Origin: Pseudomonadota bacterium
GTDB taxonomy: Bacteria; Pseudomonadota; Gammaproteobacteria; SURF-13
Length of the DNA: 64,000 nucleotides
Reading direction: 5' to 3'
NCBI GenBank assembly: GCA_027624315.1
Contig: JAQBXX010000005.1
Span: forward strand, 51 to 64,050
The translations under genes were made by a program, and so were the position numbers. Below the pieces are notes generated by a model. The model saw only the letters and a program-made list of their open reading frames with translations. It was not told the DNA's origin and did no database searches. Each line of letters starts with the position of its first letter. Position 1 is the first letter of the stretch. Shown piece by piece: positions 54,625-64,000 of this stretch.

Positions 54625-56787
54625 ATGATGATGAAACGGGCTGTCCTTTCCCTGATGATGTTGCTGTGCTACGCACTGGCGGGGTGCGACGGACGCCCGT
54701 GGAACAACCCCTACGCCGCGCAGGATGACCGCAGCAACATCCTCTACAGTTCGTTCGATCAGCGCCCGAAACACCTGGATCCTGCACAATCCTACGTGGA
54801 AAACGAATTTGCACTGATCGCGCAGATATATGAGCCGCCGCTGCAATATGATTACCTCAAGCGGCCTTACACGCTGATCCCGCTTGCAGCGCGCACGGTG
54901 CCGCAGGCGGTGTATCTGGACAAGATGGCCAAGCCGCTTCCGGAAAACGCCGCCATCGGGGATATTGCCTACAGCGTCTATGATATTACGCTTCAGCCCG
55001 GCATCCGCTATCAGCCGCACCCTGCGTTCGCGCGCAATGCTGATGGCAGCCCGCGCTACCTTCAGCTCACGCCGCACGAACTTGACGCCGTGACGCACTT
55101 GCAGGATTTCACCGAACACGGTACGCGCGAGCTGGTGGCGCAGGATTACGTCTATCAGATCAAGCGTCTTGCCCATCCGAAGCTGGAGTCGCCGATCTTC
55201 GGCTTGATGAGTGAATACATCGTTGGGCTGAAGGAATATGCGGAAACGCTACGCAAGGCGCAGGCCGCAGAGGGGCGTGATGCGTTTCTTGATCTCACGC
55301 AATTTCCGCTGGAGGGCGCGACGGTGCTTGATCGTTACACCTACCGCATCAAGGTGCGCGGCAAATACCCACAACTCGTGTACTGGCTCGCGATGCCATT
55401 TTTCGCGCCGGTGGCGCAAGAAGTGGATCGCTTTTACGCGCAGCCCGGCATGGCGGAGAAAAACATCTCGCTCGACTGGTATCCGGTAGGCACCGGGCCG
55501 TACATGCTCACGCTGAATAACCCCAACCGTCAGATGGTGCTGGAGCGTAATCCCAACTATCACGGTGAGACCTATCCCGCTGCAGGTATGCCGGGCGACC
55601 GCGAGGCGGGGTTGCTCGATGACGCAGGCCGTCCGCTGCCGTTTATCGACAAGGCGGTGTACAGCCTGGAAAAAGAAAGTATTCCATACTGGAATAAATT
55701 TCTGCAAGGTTATTACGATGTCTCCGGTATCAGTTCCGACAGCTTTGATCAGGCGGTACGCATCACGACGCAGGGGGATGCGGGGGTGAGCGAGGCGATG
55801 CAGGAAAAAGGTATTCGACTTCTTACCAGCGTCGGCGCGGATATTTCCTATATCGGTTTCAACATGCTCGACCCGGTGGTGGGAGGCCTAAGCGAGCGCG
55901 CACGCAAACTGCGTCAGGCGATTTCCATCGCCGTAGATCAGGAGGAGTTCATCTCCATCTTCCTCAATGGCCGCGGTATCCCGGCGCAAGGTCCGATCCC
56001 ACCGGGCATCTTCGGCTATGTGGAGGGCGAGGCGGGGATCAACCCTTATGTTTACGAATGGGTGGATGGGCGGGCGCAACGGAAATCAATTGAGACCGCG
56101 CGCCGCATGCTGGCCGAGGCAGGTTATCCTGATGGCCGTGATGCCAATACCGGCAAACCCCTGTTGTTGCATTTCGACACCGCGTTGAGCGGCCCCGATG
56201 ACAAAGCCTATCTCGACTGGCTGCGCAAGCAGTTCCAGAAACTCGATTTGCAGCTCGATGTGCGCAATACTGACTTCAATCGCTTTCAGGACAAGATGCT
56301 GAAGGGCAACGCGCAGGTCTGGCAGTGGGGCTGGAACGCCGATTACCCGGATCCGGAGAACTTCATGTTTCTGCTCTACGGGCCAAACGCCAAGGTTGGG
56401 AAGAACGGCGAGAATGCCGCGAACTACGATAATCCGGAGTTCAACAAACTGTTTGAACAGATGAAAAACATGGACGCTGGTCCCCAGCGCCAGAGCATTA
56501 TCAATCAGATGCTGGCTATCGCTCAGCGTGATGCGCCTTGGGTCTGGGGGCGGCATCGCAAGAAGTTCGGCCTGTTTCACGCCTGGTATAAAAACGCCAA
56601 GCCCAACGAAATGGCCAACAACGAATTGAAATACATTCGCATCGATCCGGCGCTGCGCAACCGGATGCGAGCCGAATGGAATGTGCCGGTACTGTGGCCG
56701 TTGTTCGCGTTGTTCGCAGTGCTGGTGATCAGCGCCGTGCCTGCGGTGATCAGCTACGTGCGCAGAGAGCGCAGGGTAGCCAAATGA
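54625..56787 (+). CDS. Peptide ABC transporter substrate-binding lipoprotein (family 5)
   Basis: LAGC lipobox, PKHLDPA, PVGTGPY, WNADYPDPENF; C-terminal hydrophobic helix; alternative TTG start 54604. Confidence 0.9.
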   Translation: MMMKRAVLSLMMLLCYALAGCDGRPWNNPYAAQDDRSNILYSSFDQRPKHLDPAQSYVENEFALIAQIYEPPLQYDYLKRPYTLIPLAARTVPQAVYLDKMAKPLPENAAIGDIAYSVYDITLQPGIRYQPHPAFARNADGSPRYLQLTPHELDAVTHLQDFTEHGTRELVAQDYVYQIKRLAHPKLESPIFGLMSEYIVGLKEYAETLRKAQAAEGRDAFLDLTQFPLEGATVLDRYTYRIKVRGKYPQLVYWLAMPFFAPVAQEVDRFYAQPGMAEKNISLDWYPVGTGPYMLTLNNPNRQMVLERNPNYHGETYPAAGMPGDREAGLLDDAGRPLPFIDKAVYSLEKESIPYWNKFLQGYYDVSGISSDSFDQAVRITTQGDAGVSEAMQEKGIRLLTSVGADISYIGFNMLDPVVGGLSERARKLRQAISIAVDQEEFISIFLNGRGIPAQGPIPPGIFGYVEGEAGINPYVYEWVDGRAQRKSIETARRMLAEAGYPDGRDANTGKPLLLHFDTALSGPDDKAYLDWLRKQFQKLDLQLDVRNTDFNRFQDKMLKGNAQVWQWGWNADYPDPENFMFLLYGPNAKVGKNGENAANYDNPEFNKLFEQMKNMDAGPQRQSIINQMLAIAQRDAPWVWGRHRKKFGLFHAWYKNAKPNEMANNELKYIRIDPALRNRMRAEWNVPVLWPLFALFAVLVISAVPAVISYVRRERRVAK

Positions 56788-57761
56788 TCGCCTACATCAC
56801 GCGCCGCATACTGTACGCCATACCCATTCTGATCGGCGTCAATCTACTGACGTTTGCACTGTTTTTTGTGGTGAACAAGCCGGATGACATGGCGCGTGTG
56901 CATCTGGGCGTCAAGCACGTTACGCCTCAGGCGATAGAGAAATGGAAGGCGGAACGTGGCTATGACAAGCCGCTCGTGTTCAATAACTCAGCCAGTGGCG
57001 CGGCACAATTCACCGACACTATTTTTTTCAGGAAATCGGTGTTGTTGTTTGTCTTCGACTTCGGGCGCTCGGACGATGGCCGCGATATCGGCCTCGATAT
57101 CCGCGAACGCATGTGGCCGAGTCTCGCTATCGCATTACCGGCGCTGTTTATCGGGCTGCTCGCCAACATTACCTTCGCCCTGTTGATGGCGTTTTTCAGA
57201 GCCACATATATTGATGTCTGGGGCGTGGTGCTGTGCGTGGTGCTGATGTCCATCTCCGGGCTGTTTTACATCATCGGCGGGCAATATCTCATCAGCAAGC
57301 TGCTGCACATCGTGCCCATCTCCGGCTACGACAGCGGCGTGCAGTCATTCAAGTTCATCCTGCTGCCGGTGATCATCGGTGTGGTTAGCGGCATCGGCTC
57401 CGGCAGCCGCTGGTACCGCACGATCTTTCTGGAAGAGATCGGCAAGGACTATGTGCGCACCGCCCGCGCCAAGGGCCTCTCCGAGCTGCGCGTGCTGTTT
57501 TACCATGTGCTCAAGAATGCCATGATCCCGATCCTGACCGGCGTGGTGGTCGTGCTGCCGTTGCTGTTCATGGGCAGTTTGATTATGGAGTCTTTTTTCG
57601 GCATCCCCGGCCTCGGCAGCTACACGATAGACGCCATCAATGCGCAGGATTTTGCGATCGTGCGTGCGATGGTGTTTCTGGGCTCCGTGCTCTACATCGC
57701 CGGACTGATCCTCACCGACATCTCTTACACCCTGGTTGACCCGCGCGTGAGGTTGGGCTGA
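56784..57761 (+). CDS. Peptide ABC transporter permease (OppB/DppB-like)
   Basis: DYVRTARAKGL, ESFFGIPGLG, DISYTLVDPR. Confidence 0.93.
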   Translation: MIAYITRRILYAIPILIGVNLLTFALFFVVNKPDDMARVHLGVKHVTPQAIEKWKAERGYDKPLVFNNSASGAAQFTDTIFFRKSVLLFVFDFGRSDDGRDIGLDIRERMWPSLAIALPALFIGLLANITFALLMAFFRATYIDVWGVVLCVVLMSISGLFYIIGGQYLISKLLHIVPISGYDSGVQSFKFILLPVIIGVVSGIGSGSRWYRTIFLEEIGKDYVRTARAKGLSELRVLFYHVLKNAMIPILTGVVVVLPLLFMGSLIMESFFGIPGLGSYTIDAINAQDFAIVRAMVFLGSVLYIAGLILTDISYTLVDPRVRLG

Positions 57762-59176
57762 TGCACTTTCTGCCTGTGGTGTTGCCCACTGATGCATTGA
57801 TATTCCTGCTGCTCGTCACGGTAGTAGGGTTTGCCCTGTATGTGCGCGGCAAGGAGCACCTGCGCGCGCCGTGGCGCGAGGTGAAGCGCAGCCGCATGGC
57901 GGCGGCGGCGCTGGTGGTGTTACTGACGTATGTACTGATCGGCCTGCTGGATTCGCTGCATTTTCGTTTGCCGCTGCCGGATAACGGTGCGGCAAAGGCA
58001 GAAAAAGAATATTCAGTGGAGGTGCTGAGCCTGCTGGATGTGATCGCCACGCCGTTGCGCGTGCGGGTGGAGAAGACCTATTCAGCGCCGTTTGCCGCTC
58101 ATCTTTATACCAGGGAGGCTGATGAGCGCGCCGACGGTACGGAGGTGCGCGTGTTTCCGCGCCTCAAACACGGCGGGCGGCACCTGCAAGACCCGGACAA
58201 CGAACGGGCGGCGGATATCCTTGCGGCCTCGGCGCGCGCCGTCGCCATCAGCGTGCTGATCTGGGTCGGCGTGTGTGCGGCGCTGACAGCTGCGCTGGCA
58301 TGGCGCGAGCGCATCTCGTTCAAGGCCATGGCGCGCCGCATTTTGCGCGGCGAAACGGAAACACCGTGGCGGATTACGCTGGCGACGCTGCTGGTCATCC
58401 TCACGTTCGCCGTCTGGGCGGCGCTGCTCAGCCTCAAATACCATATCCTCGGCACCGACAAGGTGGGGCAGGATGTTTTTTATCAGGCGCTCAAGAGCAT
58501 CCGCACCGGGCTGGTGATCGGCACGCTGACCACGCTGGTGATGCTGCCGTTTGCCGTGCTGCTCGGCATTATGGCGGGTTATTTTCGCGGCGTGGCGGAC
58601 GACATCATTCAGTATGTCTATACCACGCTCAGTTCCATTCCCGGTGTGCTGCTCATCGCTGCGGCGATTTTGAGTTTGCAGGTGTACATCACCAACCACC
58701 CGGAGCAGTTCGATACACTGGCCGAGCGTGCCGACCTGCGCTTGTTATTTCTGTGCATCATCCTTGGCATTACCGGTTGGGCTGGCCTGTGTCGTCTGTT
58801 ACGCGGTGAAGCCCTGAAACTGCGCGAGATGGAATACATTCAGGCCGCGCAGGCATTCGGTGTAGGACACTTTAAGATCATTTGGCGCCACATCCTGCCG
58901 AATGTGATGCACATCGTGCTCATCAGTGTGGTGCTCGATTTTAGTGGGTTGGTACTGGCCGAAGCAGTGCTGTCCTACGTCGGCGTGGGCGTGGATCCGA
59001 GCACGCTCAGTTGGGGCAACATGATTAATGGCGCGCGTATGGAGATGGCACGCGACCCCATGGTGTGGTGGTCGCTGTGCGCGGCCTTTATGTTCATGTT
59101 CACGCTGGTGCTTGCGGCGAACCTGTTTTCCGATGTGGTGCGCGATGCCTTTGATCCAAGATTGCGTAAACAATGA
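57761..59176 (+). CDS. Peptide ABC transporter permease (OppC/DppC-like)
   Basis: LGTDKVGQD, EYIQAAQAFG, HILPN, SWGNMI, RDAFDPR. Confidence 0.93.
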   Translation: MHFLPVVLPTDALIFLLLVTVVGFALYVRGKEHLRAPWREVKRSRMAAAALVVLLTYVLIGLLDSLHFRLPLPDNGAAKAEKEYSVEVLSLLDVIATPLRVRVEKTYSAPFAAHLYTREADERADGTEVRVFPRLKHGGRHLQDPDNERAADILAASARAVAISVLIWVGVCAALTAALAWRERISFKAMARRILRGETETPWRITLATLLVILTFAVWAALLSLKYHILGTDKVGQDVFYQALKSIRTGLVIGTLTTLVMLPFAVLLGIMAGYFRGVADDIIQYVYTTLSSIPGVLLIAAAILSLQVYITNHPEQFDTLAERADLRLLFLCIILGITGWAGLCRLLRGEALKLREMEYIQAAQAFGVGHFKIIWRHILPNVMHIVLISVVLDFSGLVLAEAVLSYVGVGVDPSTLSWGNMINGARMEMARDPMVWWSLCAAFMFMFTLVLAANLFSDVVRDAFDPRLRKQ

Positions 59177-61086
59177 CAAGCAACATACTGCTCAGCGTGC
59201 GCGGCCTCAGCACCTCGTTTGAAACAGGTCAGGGCACGCTGCGCGCGGTGGATGACATCAGTTTCGACATCGCGCGCGGAGAAACCTTCGCCCTGCTCGG
59301 CGAGTCGGGCAGCGGCAAGTCGCTCACCGCGTTGTCGATCATGCGACTGTTGCCGGTAAACGCGAACGTGTCCGGCGAGGTGCGGCTGGCCGGGGAGGAC
59401 TTGCTGGCGCTGCCGGAGAGGGATATGCGCCGTGTGCGTGGCGGGCGCATCGCAATGATCTTTCAGGAGCCGATGACCAGCCTGAATGCGGTACTCACCG
59501 TCGGCGAGCAGATCGGCGAGACGTTGCGGTGTCACCACAAGATCGCGCCGCGCGCCGCGCGCGTGCGCGTGGTGGAGTTGCTCGATGCGGTGGGTATCGA
59601 GGAGCCGCAGCGTCGCTATTACGATTTTCCGCATCAACTCTCCGGTGGCATGAAGCAGCGCGTGATGATTGCGATGGCGCTCGCGGGTGAGCCGGAACTG
59701 CTCATCGCCGACGAACCTACCACGGCGTTGGACGTGACCATTCAGGCGCAGATTCTCGACCTGCTGCGCAGGCTGCAGAAAGACACCGGTATGGCGTTGC
59801 TGCTCATCACGCACGATCTCGGCGTGGTATCCGGGATGGCCGCACGCGTTGCGGTGATGTATGCCGGGCAGATTGTGGAGCAGGCGCCGCGCGCGCAATT
59901 CTTTGCTGCCCCAAAACATCCCTACGCGCAGAAACTGTTCGATTCCGTGCCCACCCTGGACAAGCGCGGTGCGCGCCTGGCGGTGATGCGCGGCGCCGTG
60001 CCGCCGCTGGTGCAGGAATTTTCCGGCTGCCGCTTTGCGCCGCGCTGTGATTTCGCCTGGCCGACCTGCCGCGAGATTGCGCCGGAACTGATCGGCGCCG
60101 GAGAGGGTGCTACCGTGCGCTGTCACCTTTACGATGCACGCTTCAGCGCTGCGGCTCCTCCAGCGGCACAGACACAGATGCAGGAGGAAGGACGACAGGC
60201 AACATCACTACCGGCGGAGGGCGAACTGCTCGTGGTGAATGATCTCAAGGTCTATTTCCCCATTGAAAAGGGAATTTTCAAACACGTCGCCGGGTACGTG
60301 CGCGCGGTGGACGGCGTCTCGCTACGTATCCGCGCCGGGCGTACGCTCGCGCTGGTGGGCGAGTCCGGTTGCGGCAAGACCACGGTGGGCAAGGGCATAC
60401 TGCAACTCATCCGTCCGACCGCCGGCAGCGTGCGCTTCGCGGGCACGGAGCTCACTCAATTGCGTGGCGCGGCGTTGCGCGCGCGCCGCGCCGATTTTCA
60501 GATCATCTTTCAGGATCCGTATTCATCGCTCAATCCGCGCATGATGGTCGCCGACATTATCGAGGAAGGGATGATCGTGCAGGGCGTGGGCAAAACAGCG
60601 CACGAGCGCGCCGCGCGTATCGCACAGGTGCTGGAGCAGGTCGGACTGCCGCCGGAGGCCAGATACCGTTATCCGCATGAATTCTCCGGCGGTCAGCGCC
60701 AGCGCATCAGCATCGCGCGCGCCTTGGCGGTAAATCCGAAACTCATCATTTGCGACGAGCCGACCAGCGCGCTCGATGTCTCGGTGCAGGCGCAGATACT
60801 GAACCTGCTGAAAACCTTGCAGGAGGAATCCGGTATTGCCTATCTATTCATCACGCACAACATCGCGGTGGTGGAGTATCTCGCCGATGAAGTGGCGGTG
60901 ATGTATCAAGGGAGGATTGTCGAGCACGGCAGCGCGGAGCAGGTGCTGCGCAATCCGCAGCAGGAATACACGCGTGCGCTGCTCGCCGCGGTGCCGAAGA
61001 TCGAAAGACAGGGGCTGGCAGCACATCAGAGCAGAGGCCAAAGTCCTCAATCCACCACGCGCAGTACGATTTTTCCACGTGTGTGA
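59173..61086 (+). CDS. Peptide ABC transporter ATP-binding protein (fused D/F domains)
   Basis: Two Walker A motifs ([16 protein letters not shown]), LSGG/FSGG, DEPT, CRFAPRC. Confidence 0.95.
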   Translation: MTSNILLSVRGLSTSFETGQGTLRAVDDISFDIARGETFALLGESGSGKSLTALSIMRLLPVNANVSGEVRLAGEDLLALPERDMRRVRGGRIAMIFQEPMTSLNAVLTVGEQIGETLRCHHKIAPRAARVRVVELLDAVGIEEPQRRYYDFPHQLSGGMKQRVMIAMALAGEPELLIADEPTTALDVTIQAQILDLLRRLQKDTGMALLLITHDLGVVSGMAARVAVMYAGQIVEQAPRAQFFAAPKHPYAQKLFDSVPTLDKRGARLAVMRGAVPPLVQEFSGCRFAPRCDFAWPTCREIAPELIGAGEGATVRCHLYDARFSAAAPPAAQTQMQEEGRQATSLPAEGELLVVNDLKVYFPIEKGIFKHVAGYVRAVDGVSLRIRAGRTLALVGESGCGKTTVGKGILQLIRPTAGSVRFAGTELTQLRGAALRARRADFQIIFQDPYSSLNPRMMVADIIEEGMIVQGVGKTAHERAARIAQVLEQVGLPPEARYRYPHEFSGGQRQRISIARALAVNPKLIICDEPTSALDVSVQAQILNLLKTLQEESGIAYLFITHNIAVVEYLADEVAVMYQGRIVEHGSAEQVLRNPQQEYTRALLAAVPKIERQGLAAHQSRGQSPQSTTRSTIFPRV

Positions 61087-61979
61087 CCGCTTTGCAAAGC
61101 GGTATGCGCCTTGGAGGCCTCATGCAGCGGAAACACATTTCCCACTACCGGCTTCACCTTTCCCGCGTCTATCAATTCGGCCATTCTGGTTAGCTGGGCG
61201 GCATTCGGCTGCACGAAGACATAGGCCGAGCGCCAGCCTTGTTGCGGCGCTTCTTCGGGCACGGTAAGCGCGAGGATGGAAACCAGTATGCCGTCCTTCT
61301 TCAAGGTCTGCCACGAGCGTTGCTGCACTTCGCCGCCCACGGTGTCGAATACCATATCTACATCACGCACGGCGTCTTCGAAGCGGGTGCCGGTGTAATC
61401 AATTGCTTCGGCGGCGCCGAGCGCACGCACGAAATCCGCATTGCGCGCACTGGTGGTGGTGATGACGTGGGCGCTCTTCCAGTGCGCGAGCTGTATGGCG
61501 TAATGCCCGACGCCGCCTGCCCCGGCGTGAATTAGCACCCTTTGTCCTTGTTCCAGCTTGCCTGCGTCAAACAGCGATTGCCACGCGGTGAGCGCGGACA
61601 ACGGTACGGCGGCGGCGTGTATGAAATCGAGTGACTCCGGTTTCAGCGCGACCTCACTCGCGCGCACCACGATGTATTCCGCGTAGGCGCCGTCACGCGC
61701 CATGTCGGGACGCGCGTACACTGCATCACCCACCTTGAATTGCGAAACAGCAGCACCAAGCTGTTCGATTATGCCCGCGACATCCCATCCCAGCGTGAGC
61801 GGTAGGTGATGAGTGATGCGACCTTGCAGACGGCCTTCGCGGATTTTCCAGTCCACCGGGTTGACGCCCGCGGCGTGCACGCGGATCAGCACTTCGCCCG
61901 CGTCCGGTACGGGGCAGGGTGCGTCTTCATAATGCAACACCTCGGGGCCGCCGAATTGATGGATGTGTATCGCTTTCAC
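61047..61979 (-). CDS. NADP-dependent oxidoreductase (MDR/quinone oxidoreductase family)
   Basis: GGPEVL, AGVNPVD, HAGAGGVG, GKIVL; GTG start. Confidence 0.92.
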   Translation of the reverse strand: MKAIHIHQFGGPEVLHYEDAPCPVPDAGEVLIRVHAAGVNPVDWKIREGRLQGRITHHLPLTLGWDVAGIIEQLGAAVSQFKVGDAVYARPDMARDGAYAEYIVVRASEVALKPESLDFIHAAAVPLSALTAWQSLFDAGKLEQGQRVLIHAGAGGVGHYAIQLAHWKSAHVITTTSARNADFVRALGAAEAIDYTGTRFEDAVRDVDMVFDTVGGEVQQRSWQTLKKDGILVSILALTVPEEAPQQGWRSAYVFVQPNAAQLTRMAELIDAGKVKPVVGNVFPLHEASKAHTALQSGHTRGKIVLRVVD

Positions 61980-61994
61980 CGGGCAGTTTTCCTG

Positions 61995-63365
61995 CTACTT
62001 ACCCGCCGCGGAGGGAATATAGATGCTGAGCCTGATGCTGGATTTCAGGTATTTTCCGCTGAAGCGGCCCGCATTCCAGGCAGTCAATTGCGCCACGCTG
62101 GTTTTGAATTTGCGTGCAATTCCCGCCAGTGTGTCGCCTTCACGCACGACATAGTATGTCGTGCGTCCTTGTGCATTGCCGGCCCGTTTCGTGCCGGACA
62201 GGTTTGCCTGTGACGACGACATGCGCTCGCCCGGGGCCATGGCCGCGAGCCGCGCGCTGAACCTTGCGGCCTTGTCCGCCGGCAGCAGGAGTTTTGTTTT
62301 GCCCTTGGGGTCGGTGGCGCCCCGCAGCAGGCCGGGATTCAGGCGCGTGAGTTCCTCGCGTGAGATACCGGCGATCCTGGCCGCCACATTCAGGTTGATC
62401 TGGCTGTCGATATCGACGCTGGCGAGATAGGGCGCGTCCGGAATGCTGTTGAGGCTCACGCCGAACTCCTCCGGGTTTGCCACGATGGCGGCAATCCCCA
62501 GCAGGCGCGGCACGTAGGTTTCAGTCTCGCGCGAGAGATCCAGCGACCAGAAGTCGGTGGGCTTGCCGGCCTGCTGGTTTTTGTTCACGGCACGCTGCAC
62601 GGCGCCTTCGCCCGCATTGTAGGCCGCGAGGGTGAGCAGCCAGTCGCCGTCGAACTCGGTATTGAGTCTTTGCAGATATTTCAGCGCCGCCTCGGTGGAG
62701 GCGATGACATCGCGGCGCCCGTCGTGCCAGAAGGTTTGTTTGAGGCCAAAATGCCGGCCGGTGGAGGGGATAAATTGCCAGATGCCCACCGCGCCGACCG
62801 TCGATGTGGCCGAGGCCACAAAGGCGCTTTCGATGATCGGCACCAGCGCGATCTCGGTGGGCATGCCGCGCTTTTCCACCTCGCGCACGACGTAATACAT
62901 ATAAGGCTTGGCGCGCCAGGTGACGGTGTCGAAATAGTCCTGGGATGCGGCGTATTCCTCGGCCTCGGCCCGTACCCTGGGGTGGGTACGGTAAGGCAGC
63001 GAGAAGCCGGCGCGGATACGGTCCCATAAATCCTCGCGCCGCTCCTCGGTTATCGGAGCGGTCACGCCCTCGGGTGGGGCAAATTTTTCCCCCAGGCTTT
63101 CCCACAGATTTGGGATGACGGTAATAAGGTAGTTTTCGTAGGAGAAGTCTGGTGGCGAGGTGGGGGCGGTGGGGGGTGCCCCTGTGGCCGTTACGGGCGG
63201 GGGCTGCCCAGGTTCGGGCGGTATTGTATTGCCTTGATTTCGTTGCATCTTTACAGGAGTGTCCGCGGCCTGGGTGGACGGCTGGGCGCAGCCGTCCAAA
63301 CCCGTGCTGAGGAGCAGCATTAGACAAAGTCTCACCCCTAAGGCACTGCTCTTCATTCGCGGCAT
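61995..63365 (-). CDS. mltD: Membrane-bound lytic murein transglycosylase D (SLT + LysM)
   Basis: IIES, GIWQF, LAAYNAGEG, ETETYVPR, C-terminal LysM; next to gloB. Confidence 0.88.
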   Translation of the reverse strand: MPRMKSSALGVRLCLMLLLSTGLDGCAQPSTQAADTPVKMQRNQGNTIPPEPGQPPPVTATGAPPTAPTSPPDFSYENYLITVIPNLWESLGEKFAPPEGVTAPITEERREDLWDRIRAGFSLPYRTHPRVRAEAEEYAASQDYFDTVTWRAKPYMYYVVREVEKRGMPTEIALVPIIESAFVASATSTVGAVGIWQFIPSTGRHFGLKQTFWHDGRRDVIASTEAALKYLQRLNTEFDGDWLLTLAAYNAGEGAVQRAVNKNQQAGKPTDFWSLDLSRETETYVPRLLGIAAIVANPEEFGVSLNSIPDAPYLASVDIDSQINLNVAARIAGISREELTRLNPGLLRGATDPKGKTKLLLPADKAARFSARLAAMAPGERMSSSQANLSGTKRAGNAQGRTTYYVVREGDTLAGIARKFKTSVAQLTAWNAGRFSGKYLKSSIRLSIYIPSAAGK

Positions 63366-63402
63366 AAGAAAATGGTAGAGGGAGGAGGGAGCTGGGTCAA
63401 CC

Positions 63403-63562
63403 TATACATAGCGCCCTAAATCTACTGCGCGTCTTTGATGCGGGTGCGTGCGGTGCTCGGAATCCGGGGCCGCGTAGCGGCAGACTACTTGTACACTCCG
63501 GTTCCTGCGCTCCGCCGCCCCCGCCTCAAAGCCGCTCGCTACGATTTATGTCGCTATGTATA
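63403..63562. mobile_element. Palindromic MITE-like element with nested GTAG-REP
   Basis: TATACATAGCGCCCTAAATC and GATTTATGTCGCTATGTATA are inverted at 18/20; core GGGGCCGCGTAGCGGCAGACTAC. Confidence 0.75.
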
Positions 63563-63575
63563 AAAGGCCATAGGC

Positions 63576-64000
63576 TTATACTGAATCTAAATCGTCTTTC
63601 CAGCGGCGCACGACACCAAACACCTCCGCCGGCGTGGACAGCGGGCGCCTGGCATGGCTCTCCGCGGCTGCGATAACCACCGGGGTATGACAGCGCAGAA
63701 AGGGATTGGTGCGCAGCTCGAGCGCGAGAAGGGCCGGCACGGTCGGCAGGTTCCGGGCACGGAGGCGCGTGGCCTCGGTGATACGTGCGCTGATGTCGGC
63801 GTTGCGCGGCTCGACCACGCGCGCGAAGGACAGGTTGTCCAGCGTGTATTCGTGGCCGCAGTAGACCTGGGTTTCCGGCGCCAGCGCCGCGAGCTTGCTC
63901 AGGGAGTGATACATTTGGGGTGGCGTGCCTTCAAACAGATAGCCGCAGCCGGCAGTGAACAGTGTGTCGCCGCAAAACAGGCAGCCGTGTCCGTAATAGG
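63576..64000 (-). CDS. gloB: Hydroxyacylglutathione hydrolase (glyoxalase II), 5' end outside the window
   Basis: LFCGDTLFTAGCG, YCGHEYT, TNPFLR, RRWKD. Confidence 0.93.
   Translation of the reverse strand, partial: YYGHGCLFCGDTLFTAGCGYLFEGTPPQMYHSLSKLAALAPETQVYCGHEYTLDNLSFARVVEPRNADISARITEATRLRARNLPTVPALLALELRTNPFLRCHTPVVIAAAESHARRPLSTPAEVFGVVRRWKDDLDSV

Noticed and set aside
61021-61086. 40-bp overlap between the convergent ABC ATPase and oxidoreductase genes
   Set aside because: A short tail overlap of convergent genes is common and no function is evident.

Overview
This 64 kb window is chromosomal DNA from a GC-rich proteobacterium; gene content and order suggest a gammaproteobacterium. 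Most of it is housekeeping. Left part: fpr, a CBS protein, exported msrB-msrA, tRNA-Arg(CCG), CIRCE/sigma32-controlled groES-groEL and glnE-ilvE. Next comes a large LPS core cluster (waaF, waaC, waaQ, GT4s, an AT-richer GT9/GT8 block, waaL, lpxL, hldE, hldD, waaA), a Ubi hydroxylase, clpB, NrdR-controlled nrdAB with a 24-aa Lys-rich peptide, and corB/ypjD. Right part: nudJ-mnmA-hflD-(acnB, UDG)-purB, marC, yheT, acs, fabI, a peptide ABC transporter, mltD and a partial gloB. The most unusual region is 49.3-51.7 kb. There a REP-associated tyrosine transposase (RAYT) sits in an array of GTAG-type REPs that also bound two accessory genes. The RAYT and a ceramidase-like gene lie between two halves of one split REP, with a 6-bp duplication. 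The neighbouring gene has the boundaries of an orphan integron cassette whose attC is cut off by a REP. Intergenic DNA across the window carries several small palindromic elements, often nested, some of which supply stop codons or ribosome-binding sites to core genes. I saw no CRISPR array, rRNA or prophage. All family assignments come from recognising motifs by eye; no searches were run.
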